DNA of 63,872 nucleotides, filler included, from Trichomonas gallinae (taxonomy: Eukaryota): the NCBI GenBank assembly GCA_008369845.1. It is 11 parts of 11 records of this genome, joined end to end, with 100 filler letters (N's around TTAATTAATTAA, not from the genome) between each part and the next. Parts side by side here need not be neighbours in the genome. Positions count along the whole stretch, not along the records: positions 1 to 26,178 come from MRSU01000957.1; positions 26,279 to 28,371 come from MRSU01000973.1; positions 28,472 to 39,105 come from MRSU01000976.1; 8 more parts are not named here. The stretch is one strand, 5' to 3'. Position 1 is the first letter of the stretch; every line of letters begins with the position of its first letter. Below the pieces are notes generated by a model. It did not search any database. It was not told the origin of the DNA and saw only the letters and a program-made list of their open reading frames with translations. The translations under genes were made by a program, and so were the position numbers. Positions 22,101 to 30,895 of this stretch are shown piece after piece.

Positions 22101-24536
22101 TGGATTTCCACAGTTGACTGTAATATTAAAGTTCATTGATGGACCGCCTCTAACATTTAATATTCCATTTGATTCTGTTATCTGCTTGGATCCTGGTTTA
22201 AATATAACTTCACATGACAATGATTCGTGTGGTTGAATTGCACCAACATTTGGATTGAAAGTAAACATGTCGTTAAAACCAACCCATCTGACATTTGCAA
22301 CTGCATCTGTTGGATTCAAGATTGTCACGTAATCTTTCAGCGTCTGTGAAATTGTTGCTGTTGTCAAGTCAAATGTTGCTGACTGCTTAGATAAATTGAG
22401 TTCAATTGGGATTGTTTTACCCGTTAAGCTCAAAATTCCTTCGTGAGTGTTATTCACTATATACTTCAATTGTCTATTGATAACTTTAAGTTCATTGTCG
22501 CACAAAACAACTTCGAACGTGCATGTTGATGTAGGAGGAACAACTTGAGCATTTGGCTTGGTTAGTGCGAACTCTGGATAATCATCTGTCTTCAAAACAA
22601 CATAAACATGTTGTGCTAAGTTGTTCGTAAAAGTAACTGGTAAAACTTTCTTCGCAGTTACTGGAACCTCACCGAATTCAAGCTTCTCTTTATCCATGAA
22701 AACAGACAACTGTTGTGATGGTGAGAGAGGCTTAGAGCATTCTGCGATTTCAACATTAGTTGTTGGTTTCGTTCTAAATTGTTTTCCTGATTTTCCTTTT
22801 TTGTCACCTTTTGCAACTTTGATGTTTCCTGATTTATTCCTTGGCGCTCTAGCAGACATAATTTGTTCGACAGGTGGAGCAGGTGGCTCTAATCCATCAG
22901 CATGATCGAAGCCAAATGTCAATGGATCATCATAGCCTTTAACTAAAGCTCTTAATCTGACTGATGCTGCTTTTTCTAATTGATCTTCTGTATATTCTTT
23001 GATTGTTGAATCCAATAAATGCCTTGCATCTGTTCTCGCCTGCTCTTTCAGCTTCTCTCTCATTTCTGCTTCTTTGCGTTTCAACGTTTGCTCTTGAATA
23101 AACTCAGCAAATTCTTCTTTCTTTTTATCTCTGACTTTTATGTCTTCCATTGTCATTCCGTATTTCGTTCTAGGATGTTCCAAGTCAAAGGCAACGTTTG
23201 GATCTGTTTCCCATATTGGAACTCTAGCCTTCGTGCCCATGTTCATTGTTGTAACGGCAGTGCCACTCAAAACAATGTGTCTTTCAACTAAACCGTTGCA
23301 AAATTCAATCGTAGTCGATGTATTAAGGACGCCAAGTGATTTTGGATCGAAAGAAACAGTTATAATCTTCTTCGAGTTCGTCCTAATGACGCCATTCTCT
23401 GGAGTGAAGTGGTAATGACCGACTTTCGGTATAACGAATGTTAAATCTTTCGTCGTTGAATAGTTTTCGATTTCCATTTCTTGTGATGCATGCGTATTTA
23501 CCAAAATTTCACCAAACTGAAAATCGAGGCAGCTGATCTTGAACTGTGATGGAACTGCTGATCCGGTGAGCTTTATTGGGACTGAAATAGGCGTCTTAAC
23601 AATGTCTAAGCGTGTTTCGTGCTCGTAGAATATTTCTTCTTCGCCTTCAACTTTCTCTATTGGTGGGTGAAACATAAAAACAATATCTTTAGTTGTATTT
23701 CCTTCTATTTCTCCTTCTATTGGCGTGGGTGTGAAAATTTGCTTGGAGTTCAGTCTCTTTTCGGTGGGATCGTAAGGAATCTGAATGACAAACATTCTCT
23801 TGAATGGCGCATTATTAACTAATTGGATTGTTCGCTTAACTTTCTCTCCAAAGAATGCTCTGCCGAATTCTACAACACCTCGTTCTTCTTTATTGATGAA
23901 AACTTGAACAGAATGGTCCTGAACGTTTCCATTAAAGATAACTTCTTGAGATTTTATCGAAGCAGTCTCACAAACAACATTGAGAACGTATTTAACTGGT
24001 CCTACTTTAGTTGGTTCGATTCCAACTTGGATTTTATGCGTTTGATTCGATGCAATGAATCCAGTACTAGGGAAAATTTCAACATCTTTGTCTCTGCATG
24101 TAATAGTAAAGTTGCCATCTTTCGTTCCGAAGTTTGTAATCTTGAAAAATTGCGTTTGTGGAAATCTCAAACTTAAATCTCCAAGGTCAAAATTGGATTT
24201 AGAGATTTCAATTGATGGAGAAGGTGGATAAAAGATGACTGGTATAGAAAATTCTTCGAAATTCGGTGATGTAACCGTTAATTGTGTTTCTTCGTATTTA
24301 TCAGACGCTTTAAATGTGATTTTTCTTGATGTTTGTAATCCTGGACTTAAAGAAAAGTGTGCAACATTATTTAATTGAAAATTTGACTTAGGCGGAAGAG
24401 AAAATCGTAATTTTAGAGAATATTTCGAGTAATTTGTGGCTAAAAACTCGATTGTATCCGTCTCCCCGCATTCTAAATCACGAATTATAATTGGATTCGG
24501 ATATATTTTCAACATATCCTGAGCTGCCTGCGTCAT
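16194..24536 (-). CDS. CFAP47: Cilia- and flagella-associated protein 47-like (tandem ASH/Ig domains plus calponin-homology domains)
   Basis: 2780 aa intronless; many DFG...KNTG...P..G.I ASH repeats; central CH-like motifs (GDLLYEMI, EGALMKWV..DLRNPQVLAA); Hydin-like is the alternative call. Confidence 0.8.
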   Translation of the reverse strand: MTQAAQDMLKIYPNPIIIRDLECGETDTIEFLATNYSKYSLKLRFSLPPKSNFQLNNVAHFSLSPGLQTSRKITFKASDKYEETQLTVTSPNFEEFSIPVIFYPPSPSIEISKSNFDLGDLSLRFPQTQFFKITNFGTKDGNFTITCRDKDVEIFPSTGFIASNQTHKIQVGIEPTKVGPVKYVLNVVCETASIKSQEVIFNGNVQDHSVQVFINKEERGVVEFGRAFFGEKVKRTIQLVNNAPFKRMFVIQIPYDPTEKRLNSKQIFTPTPIEGEIEGNTTKDIVFMFHPPIEKVEGEEEIFYEHETRLDIVKTPISVPIKLTGSAVPSQFKISCLDFQFGEILVNTHASQEMEIENYSTTKDLTFVIPKVGHYHFTPENGVIRTNSKKIITVSFDPKSLGVLNTSTTIEFCNGLVERHIVLSGTAVTTMNMGTKARVPIWETDPNVAFDLEHPRTKYGMTMEDIKVRDKKKEEFAEFIQEQTLKRKEAEMREKLKEQARTDARHLLDSTIKEYTEDQLEKAASVRLRALVKGYDDPLTFGFDHADGLEPPAPPVEQIMSARAPRNKSGNIKVAKGDKKGKSGKQFRTKPTTNVEIAECSKPLSPSQQLSVFMDKEKLEFGEVPVTAKKVLPVTFTNNLAQHVYVVLKTDDYPEFALTKPNAQVVPPTSTCTFEVVLCDNELKVINRQLKYIVNNTHEGILSLTGKTIPIELNLSKQSATFDLTTATISQTLKDYVTILNPTDAVANVRWVGFNDMFTFNPNVGAIQPHESLSCEVIFKPGSKQITESNGILNVRGGPSMNFNITVNCGNPIISLDKNLIDFELISLGICNAREFNMKNTGTDQAIFFVTPLESEDITIIPTQGKILPSEQVNFVVTARCTKPIAIKEKIEIVICGQNTQYVNITGHAENPQIELLFENLDFGKIFVGNTESRRFTIKNTGHIPAIVTLDMLAYEQFAIEYDQELGNTNLTGTQNSIINTTMSTLSSYDLTTTVKSTQGAIYKITIIAGSQVSFDLIFKPTIVGDFTFEMPLQMADNTFITSNVQPMVIAESIQSPLVASMNAIDFGLTPLYDALNPNIRPNMKRFLLRNKCNKNVSFRLDSTISDEIYLIEPKDGVVPVNEEISVVVTFRPQVADPVISTLTIYAKPEREDEIITSRMMLTGSGYTKTFRAEVDNIVLPIVPLNIKSEKTIRIINTRFIDSKLDAILPISEKNFPLSITFPEGNMLQHSLSSTLMNVSFVSDKPMSFSTMIAIVDSTGNSYNVSVSVCTDNSVFTLYPVLSFSCFNIAYIIGRPITASTKNQIPDDFIAQFANNQGNYDDLKKMRSYKANEISINFMVSFLNAFVLSTKITQYPESFSNSGGDLLYEMIDNLSGKRNSKPGDNSTPLAKFKSLLTNLMGYGCHVSRIRPEYLLKKDDFMEFYHKKIIRQALGIDYYQAPDISTINAKSMSKYTSSKLFMEKLSERKKIIEKLYKPLSQESWLYLINQVLKSFLMTKFDAEKMGQIPGFNDALKLLKQGGKDNIYNDVNKPPRLLSGSNILSLHEGALMKWVSAYYCLSKRGMDNFVPVHSFLDLRNPQVLAACFTQLVPNAAYKHCDSMEENAFSLQKLIQSLKLGFTPDTPALLHGNEPTLALMAFEVFQTLPHYVPTKTLEFECELNETITQQLTLSNPSRSEIVYTVNLSGSENFSCDVKKVVLPVAKTINIPITYFARSHNTDKATIHLLPNRPASSNAPVQVSSIVVSLVSNVLITKPIKTFNMKGLLYSPTTFTLPIKNETRRGGKFNISYQYSIKTEQGYNVPMQELKEFVQAAKSITRNLSSKNIESEITIHVPFVIDEGTIMLPDSPDTEVPLNIIFIPICVGNYKMQILLSSQQNGEFVYELNAEGEVNIDVESTTTVKCEENSKQCATVTIEAANKLLAQALAFSRIKLSSSYQWPLPENKFKDLVNSTTREILNSIMKNLETKYTVTYSSQHFTGPSEFTLKMPDSQTIPLTFHPPKAGSYTCRIVLQSLWDTRTIKINGVATPQTKNITLFFDTTAGKPILQELPFSNPSDQTWLFKITYTGDSEFEIPTKFSLKPQSQQSLPINFKSKRMGTFRGNLSINNIAKESTVNYQLQATVTEPLAEEKISIKVQARRRQTYTINLPSTFLQNGTAKVSSDIPVITFPQFISYQNGQPNVPLVLNVYALRSGVACGQLTVTDIGSNSFIWYIIEVEVSRPDPEEVIQVHTVERQPIQVTFPVLNPKNIHVSFDVMFSDNDLTGESKIIIPPKSSFVYTIDFNPLFAMKRTSYVCFYNNDEGEYNYLMNIVVDTALPCVLAPFKAMIGSSSSTMIQIENPSKKLASFRFDVDNADVFHVMSKPTFTIDPKESKNIELKYTPSKIGTKEVGCIRFFSKDAGNWVFNVTGYGKPPQQLSPMIVESCLNTPVTASVVFSNPFSFPCMFEATLINDNDETHFKLLSKRRAYQFTEYGESQHISFTFTSNKLGQFNGTIIVSTTGKGAQISWNFPLIGIATQNADTSTPELHGRANTTIRKTFDLPLAGETLKLKPSDYMITVDYANGNDWISKYIEVYPEEVYNANYTMMLKVRAAFSPKRPIDTVIHFKIENSQKQTWQFPVKIHVEPTLISKKLTIISTLGKVAKARLYLEDPVEEDTEFHAYFMQGSANELSISMSDGILEPNEADIAELPFDIMFLPRTYGKLVRGTLIVDTEEAEYVFDIFGKMPDYIPPQITMPAIDTTMPESARTRQENTARRNRDQIGRVKIAKPRSARKSKRYSA

Positions 24537-25303
24537 AAAATTTTCAAACGGATTTGAAAACCGATCATGTTTTCTGAGGACTTTAAATTCGTTGATAAAT
24601 TTTTTTATTTACTTCTAGCCTTTTTTGTCATAGATTTAGCTTAATTATGGCTATAAAATGCGATTTACATCAATAAAATCGAGAAATAATCGATTTTTAT
24701 ACTTTTTCTTTTATATTTTTTGTTATTTTGGCATAGTATCAACGGATGAATAATAACTGAAGCTTATATGTCATGGTCTAATGGTAATACTTTTGATATA
24801 AAGAATTTTTATTTCTGAATATCATTCATAACATCAATGGATTAATAGTAATTGAGATCTTCATATCATAGTTTAAAGGTAATACTTAAAATTCAAGATT
24901 TATTAAAAAATGTTTTTATAACTGTTTGAGTCAGCTATTCTTGATGTGAGTAAACAATAAAAACTAAAAATCAAAATATATGTATATGAATTCTAGGTAT
25001 AATTTTTTTAAATTACAAGATTAGAAAAATGAAAGCATAAGAGTCAGTAATGGCCATCTAAATTGGAATAATGTACATGATTTGATGGCAAGCATGTCCA
25101 TGAATTATGTCTAAAAGATGTAACCATTCATAAGGTTTAATTTTGTAAATGATAAATTTGATATGTAAATTTAATTTGTAAATAAAAATCTGACATGTAA
25201 ATTTTATCATGATTTCGATTATATTATTGATAAATAAAGATTTACAGATATGGAAATTGTTGACATTTTTGACACTTTTCAAGTTTTTGCCAAAACAAAA
25301 AAA

Positions 25304-26178
25304 ATGATTTTACTGCTTGCGATATTAGCAATTTCACATGAAGACATAGCGCCAATTGATAACAAAAATGCAGTTGGTGCATTACAACGTACACGAATTG
25401 ACAAAAATTCCGCGAAACGAGATGCCAATAAAACCAAATTCATAACGCACCCAATAAGCTCGGAGAACGCAGAGAAGGGACTCAATGGAGATATTCCATC
25501 TGCACACAAACCTACGAATGACAAGATTTTATTCGATACGAAACAAACACTTGATAAAAACACTGAACCACTTGCAGACAAGACAGAAAATATCACAGAT
25601 AATGTCAATTCGCATGTCACAGGAACTGAAACTTCTAAGAAACAAATTTCAGAAAATGCTCATACAAATATACACAATAAAACCTCATCTATCCATGATA
25701 ACCAAACTTTGTCTGACAACAAGAATGACGAGTCTGTTGAAAAGAAACAAAATCCTTCAGTTAAAACAAATATCACTAAATTAGCAACTACAACAGTTAA
25801 CAATACCACGACAACAGATTCCACAGAAAATAAGGATGCAGAACAGAAAAAGGCAGACTTGGAGGACAAGAATGAAGAATCTGATGAAAAGAAAGTTCAA
25901 ACTGGCGATAAAAAGGAAGAATCTGATGAAAAGAAGGAAGAAGAAAAGAGAATAGATTCTACCACAAAAGATGAAAAGGATGTCAGTACTGAAAATACTT
26001 CTACTAAAAACCTCGAAGACAAAAAGAATGTAACTACAACTCTAGAGGAGAAGAAAGAGGAAACAAAGACAGAAGATGAATCCGAGAAGAAGGATGAAGC
26101 TAAGAAGAATGAAGAGAAGAAGGAAGATGATAAGAAGGACGAGTCCGAGAAGAAGGATGAAGAGAAGAAGGATGGAGA
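25304..26178 (+). CDS. Secreted/surface Lys-Glu-Asp-Thr-rich low-complexity protein, 3' truncated by gap
   Basis: Signal peptide MILLLAILAIS at ATG 25304; DESEKKDE repeats run into Ns. Confidence 0.75.
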
Positions 26179-26278
26179 NNNNNNNNNNNNNNNNNNNNNN
26201 NNNNNNNNNNNNNNNNNNNNNNTTAATTAATTAANNNNNNNNNNNNNNNNNNNNNNNNNNNNNNNNNNNNNNNNNNNN
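26179..26278. other. Artificial contig spacer
   Basis: 44 N + TTAATTAATTAA (stops in all six frames) + 44 N. Confidence 0.97.
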
Positions 26279-26391
26279 ACACCGCCGTAGCCCTCCTTTG
26301 TGAGTTCACGTGTGAGGAGCTCGTTGAGTTCGGCGTAGAAGAGGCCTGTCTCGATGATGCGGCGAACCTTTGTGCAGCGTTGAGCCTTCAT
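26279..26391 (-). CDS. RPS3: 40S ribosomal protein S3 (uS3), 5' fragment cut by gap
   Basis: MKAQRCTKVRRIIETGLFYAELNELLTRELTKEGYGG matches the uS3 N-terminus (G.F.AELNE.L.REL..GY.G); GC-rich codon usage. Confidence 0.9.
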
Positions 26392-26398
26392 TGGTACA

Positions 26399-26455
26399 AA
26401 AGGGGGACCAAAACCGCCCAATGTTCAAAAGTGACAAAGCGATTCTAGGGGTTGG
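26399..26455 (-). promoter_or_regulatory. RPS3 core promoter: M5 (CCTTT) and M3 (GGCGGTT), plus GTCACTTTT and CCAACCCCTA
   Basis: Minus strand reads GGCGGTTTTGGTCCCCCTTTTGTACCA-ATG; M3 and M5 are described Trichomonas core promoter motifs associated with ribosomal-protein genes. Confidence 0.75.
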
Positions 26456-26899
26456 CTAATTCACTTTATCGTTCTCCCCCTTCTTTATTCTAAATTAATT
26501 GTAAACCGTCATTCGATTTCTCAAAACGACAAATTACACGACAAAAACGTATAGTTTACATGTCATTTTTGTCTTTCAAAATTTTGTTTCATTCAATTTT
26601 TGTTTATCAACAAAAATTTACACGACAATTTTGATCACTTTACATGTCATTTTTATTAATTTAATATTCTTATCAACAGATTCATGAATCACAGTTAATT
26701 ATAAATCCGAAATTTTATATGCATGTTAAGGTTCGTGTGGATTAGTATATAATACCGATAATGACAGATTATGCCTACTCGAAAAATACAAAATTTTTCA
26801 AGGAATTTTAACATAATAATAAAAACATTTAGGGATAGCAATTTCCAATATAATAACAAACAACGAAACTGCTATGAGCTATTAAAACAATCAAAATTT

Positions 26900-27484
26900 C
26901 TATTGACTTTGATTCATAGCAACTTCAGCAAGATGTATTGCATCAGCTTCTATAGTATCTTGATTATGATGAAATACAAACCAACTCTTCTTTGTTGAAA
27001 CAATAATTTTTGGCAAAGTCGGTAATGTTTGATTTTGTGTCAAACTCTGCTTTTCGATGAACTCCTTGCCTCCTTTTATATCGAGTTCGAAGTGTAAACT
27101 GCTTTCTAAGACTGAGCTTGTCAATGGTAAATCAAAATTCTTCGCTCCTGTTTTAACTAAGTTCGCAAGATCGAATTTTCCTGTAGCAATTTCTTCTTTT
27201 CCACTTCCTTTCACTGTATGCGTATATACATAAACATCGATCATTGAAGCTTGTAGATGGCCTAAAGCGTCTTTTGTTATCGGGCGTTGGAATTCAATCA
27301 CCTTAGACCATTGAACTATGAAGTTATCAACGGGCGTCGGATCAGTAGAAAAATTATTCATCGAGAAATGTAATTTAATTGAGAGTGTTTTGTGGCAAAA
27401 CGGAACATTATCGAGTCTTATCTGAGAGAATACGAACGTCACTTGCTCTGTGAGGGGCTTGATAACTTTCTTCTCTTTCTGCAT
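26900..27484 (-). CDS. NT-C2 (EEIG1/EHBP1-type C2) domain protein
   Basis: LDNVPF..IKL..VQWSK.IEF..IATGKFDLANLV..LESSLHFEL pattern; TCACTTT Inr upstream. Confidence 0.7.
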   Translation of the reverse strand: MQKEKKVIKPLTEQVTFVFSQIRLDNVPFCHKTLSIKLHFSMNNFSTDPTPVDNFIVQWSKVIEFQRPITKDALGHLQASMIDVYVYTHTVKGSGKEEIATGKFDLANLVKTGAKNFDLPLTSSVLESSLHFELDIKGGKEFIEKQSLTQNQTLPTLPKIIVSTKKSWFVFHHNQDTIEADAIHLAEVAMNQSQ

Positions 27485-27586
27485 TAGATTTTGTATCTAA
27501 CAAAAAGTGACTATATAAAAAGATTCAATTGTCATGTAAAATAATTAACGTGACAAAATTTTCGTTACATCTAAAAAGTGTCAAAA

Positions 27587-28099
27587 ATGAGTGATGATTA
27601 TTATGTTGAAAAATACGAGAAAAGGTTTGATGACTACGACGTAGAAAAGAATGACAAGATAGATAAAGATGCATTCAACATACTCTACAATGAAATACAG
27701 AATAAAACCACAATTCATCGTGATTTTACTGATATTATATTTAATGGTATAGATTTTAACGGTACAGGGTATATTAACAAACAAGACTTCATTTCATTTG
27801 TTAAAAGCGAACTATACGGTGATGAATTGCAACAATATAAAATTATCTTCCGCGCATTTGATAAGAGTAGAACTGGAGCACTAACAACTGATGATGTTAT
27901 CGATATAGGCATGTTTGTTAATAAAAAAATTACGAAAAGAGAAGCTGAGCTCACTCTATTATCAGAGACCGGCATGAAAAACGGTAGTATGACTTTCCCT
28001 GTCTTTTACAAGATGATGACTGGCCGTGACACTGATCCAAAAACCGATCCTTATGATGGTCGATTAAAGAACCATAGCCTTTGCTGTCTTTTGTTATAA
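27587..28099 (+). CDS. Calmodulin-like EF-hand protein with C-terminal CaaX
   Basis: EF loops DVEKNDKID, DFNGTGYIN, DKSRTGALT; ends CCLLL; start moved from GTG to ATG 27587. Confidence 0.85.
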   Translation: MSDDYYVEKYEKRFDDYDVEKNDKIDKDAFNILYNEIQNKTTIHRDFTDIIFNGIDFNGTGYINKQDFISFVKSELYGDELQQYKIIFRAFDKSRTGALTTDDVIDIGMFVNKKITKREAELTLLSETGMKNGSMTFPVFYKMMTGRDTDPKTDPYDGRLKNHSLCCLLL

Positions 28100-28371
28100 T
28101 ACTTAATATAGAACTTTGATGGTATGCTTATACTATACTTTTAATATTCTTATATATGTTTGTAAAAATATCATATTTTCAATATTTTGATTTTTCTTTA
28201 TGGAAACTTGCACACTAAACATATTTAATTATAATATTATAATCAATTAAACATACTAATTCTAATATATCTATAACAGCACAAATATTAAATACCATAC
28301 CCCTTTTTGGTCTCCAAAAGTGAGCTCGGTCTCTGGCAGAAAGGTGAGTTAAGGTTAATACCCAAAAAAGA

Positions 28372-28471
28372 NNNNNNNNNNNNNNNNNNNNNNNNNNNNN
28401 NNNNNNNNNNNNNNNTTAATTAATTAANNNNNNNNNNNNNNNNNNNNNNNNNNNNNNNNNNNNNNNNNNNN
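28372..28471. other. Artificial contig spacer
   Basis: 44 N + TTAATTAATTAA + 44 N. Confidence 0.97.
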
Positions 28472-28539
28472 GAGTGGTCTAAGGCGCCAGTTTAAGGCAC
28501 TGGTCCGCGAGGGCCTGGGTTCGAACCCCAGAGTGACCA
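28472..28539 (+). tRNA. trnL-AAG: tRNA-Leu(AAG), 5' end lost in gap
   Basis: D-arm GAGTGGTCTAAGGCG, anticodon arm CCAGT-TTAAGGC-ACTGG (AAG at 28494-28496), long variable arm, T-arm CTGGG-TTCGAAC-CCCAG, acceptor 3' AGTGACC-A, then oligo-T terminator. Confidence 0.93.
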
Positions 28540-28576
28540 TTTTTTCATTTTAATAAAAAAATCATAAAATAATAAA

Positions 28577-29536
28577 ATGGATTTTAAGCGAGTTATTCCT
28601 GTTCCTTTCCAACAAGAATTAATGCGACAGCGTTACTTAATATTATTTATTACAACAGTGCTTCCATTTGCCGTCTTTTTGCTTTTTAAAATCAAATATG
28701 TTTTTCGTTTTTTGAAATCTAAACCAGGATTAATCACGATTGGTCTTGGATTTTGCTTCTTAGTATATGCACATATCGAACCTTTCTTCTTAACTTACAC
28801 ATACAAAGAAATTGCAGTGGCCAAACAATTTAAGCCATTTACTGTTGTTCAAATTTCAGATGTTCATTTCCAGTGGCCATACCCATATGTAACAAAGAAG
28901 AAATTGGCATCAATTGTCGAAAAAGTCAATGCAATTGAACCAGATTTTATCTTTTTAACAGGAGATTACATTTCTCGGTACAGAACTGAATCGATTTCCA
29001 AATACAATACAGAAAATGTTGCATTTTACCTCGGCCAGCTTCGTGCAAAGCGTGGAGTTTATGCAATTCTTGGAAACAACGACAAATGCGCAGGAGAAAT
29101 GCTATTAAGTGAATTCAAGAAGAACAACATCAGAGTTCTTCTCAATGAAGGCATTGTTGACGATGATATTTCAATAACTGGAATTTTATCAAGCAAAAAC
29201 TTACAAATATGCCAACAATGGCTCAATAAAACAGAAATCAAAGAGGCACCTCTCAAGATTCTTTTGTCTCATCAGCCAGATACAGCTTTAGTAACTCATA
29301 AATTATTTGATCTTCAATTCAGCGGACATACACACGGAGGACAGTGCATCGCACCATTTGGAATCGGTCCAATATTGCATCCAAAGATGGGACATAAGTT
29401 TATTGTTGGTGTTTATCAGATTGGAAAAATGATCATTCATGTTTCAACAGGAATTGGCATTTCACCTCTTCCTAAACCACTCGTGAGATTCAATAATTTT
29501 GCTGAAGTTGCTGTTATTCGTGTTGTTCCACAATAA
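28577..29536 (+). CDS. Membrane-anchored calcineurin-like metallophosphoesterase (YkuE/YaeI type)
   Basis: Two N-terminal TMs; ISDVH, LTGDY, LGNND, LLSHQPD, SGHTHGGQ, VSTGIG..RFN motifs. Confidence 0.9.
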   Translation: MDFKRVIPVPFQQELMRQRYLILFITTVLPFAVFLLFKIKYVFRFLKSKPGLITIGLGFCFLVYAHIEPFFLTYTYKEIAVAKQFKPFTVVQISDVHFQWPYPYVTKKKLASIVEKVNAIEPDFIFLTGDYISRYRTESISKYNTENVAFYLGQLRAKRGVYAILGNNDKCAGEMLLSEFKKNNIRVLLNEGIVDDDISITGILSSKNLQICQQWLNKTEIKEAPLKILLSHQPDTALVTHKLFDLQFSGHTHGGQCIAPFGIGPILHPKMGHKFIVGVYQIGKMIIHVSTGIGISPLPKPLVRFNNFAEVAVIRVVPQ

Positions 29537-29881
29537 TTTTCTTTTTATTGTTGGAATATTACAAACACGCATTTATATTAACTAAACACATATACCTAAT
29601 TATATTTTTAGTTTCTAGAAATCATGAATTCAATTTGATAAAAATATCAAAAATTATTTTAAAAATCAAATCAATTCAAGCTAAATTAAGCATAAGAATT
29701 GTTTCAAAAAAGCTTATTTGATCAAACATGACATGTATAGCAAATTTTTATTTTTTGTAACAAACATTTTATTTTGTTAATTATATATTAAAACAAGGTT
29801 TTCTAGTTAATTAAAGGAAGAACCTATGATACTCAAGCTGCAAAAATTGATTTTTTTTTCTGTCTTGAATAATTTATCGAA

Positions 29882-30577
29882 TTAAACATCTCTATAAGTT
29901 TTCTTTGGAACAGGCCTTTTCTTTTTCACTGCTTTTGATTGCAGCTGCTTTGATAATTCTTCGCGTGCTGCTTGACGCGAATTAATTAGACGAAGAATTT
30001 CAACATTGCATTTGCGTTTTGATTCCATTCGCGCGTGATGCAAATCTTTATCGTATGCAGTTTTCATTTGCTGATTGTCTGCTTTTTCAAGTTCATCTGC
30101 TTGTCGTTTTAGTTTCCTTGCACCATCAATGTCACCACGATCTTCCATCCTTTTCGCACGATCTCTCATTTCTGCAATTGCTGGTGAAGGAATAAAATAA
30201 CGTTCTTTCAACTGTGTCTCCCAAACATTTACTACTTCTTTATCTAGCTTTATCATTCTTTCCTCAATAACTCTAACCTTTTCGTCTGTTTCTGCGTCAT
30301 ATCTATCCAAATCTGGATGAGAAAATTCTTCTTTCTTTGCAGGTACGATAAAAGCAGTGCGTGAAGCTATTTCTTCTTTGACTCTATCAAGTAACCGCGA
30401 GTAATTTCTTGCTACAACGTATTGTGAGTTACGAATCAAAATCGGAATTTGTTGAGGAAGAAAGATTTGAAGATTGCAAAGGTCTGCATTTGACACATCT
30501 TCAAAATCTTCAACATCCATCAAAGAATCAGCGAGTTCTGATAAACCTCCAGAATAACTCCGCTTTTTTTTAGACAT
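29882..30577 (-). CDS. Coiled-coil hypothetical protein
   Basis: 231-aa open frame rich in E/K/R; PSPAIAEMR..GDIDGA segment; ATG at 30577. Confidence 0.7.
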   Translation of the reverse strand: MSKKKRSYSGGLSELADSLMDVEDFEDVSNADLCNLQIFLPQQIPILIRNSQYVVARNYSRLLDRVKEEIASRTAFIVPAKKEEFSHPDLDRYDAETDEKVRVIEERMIKLDKEVVNVWETQLKERYFIPSPAIAEMRDRAKRMEDRGDIDGARKLKRQADELEKADNQQMKTAYDKDLHHARMESKRKCNVEILRLINSRQAAREELSKQLQSKAVKKKRPVPKKTYRDV

Positions 30578-30599
30578 CAATGTTTTTATTTTAAAACCG

Positions 30600-30895
30600 A
30601 CTTTTATGACAATAGTATTTTTGACAATTTACGTGTCAAATATATTTATTATTTTGATTTTTGACATTTTACAAAAAGTGATTTTTACATGCCAAAAATC
30701 ACTATATTTATGACATTTTCGTAAAGTAAAATTTTTACTTGTCAAAGAATTGCTATTTTGACAAATTGCAAAAAAGGTTTTTACATGTCAAAAAGCACGT
30801 TAAGTGTCAAATTAATTGTCCAGAAAAGTGACGAATTTTGATATTATGGGAAAATACGTTATTAGGTTACTTTCAGGAACAAAAAGTGACAATGA
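30600..30895. promoter_or_regulatory. Dense cluster of TGACA/TGTCA, TTTACATGTCAAAA and AAAAGTGAC motifs
   Basis: About ten TGACA/TGTCA copies in 300 bp upstream of the 29882..30577 gene. Confidence 0.5.

Noticed and set aside
16082..24176. Many short ORFs overlapping the CFAP47-like gene (and similar ones inside other genes)
   Set aside because: Antisense or alternate-frame shadows of long, codon-biased CDSs; many start at non-ATG codons and have no motifs
26223..26234. Recurrent TTAATTAATTAA as a biological repeat or CRISPR-like array
   Set aside because: Always centred in exactly 100-nt N blocks and encodes stops in six frames; it is a synthetic linker
28295..28371. GC-richer contig end as an ncRNA or the 5' part of the tRNA
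   Set aside because: It lacks the expected tRNA-Leu 5' acceptor strand (GGTCACT), has no recognisable RNA motif, and adjacency across the spacer is unproven
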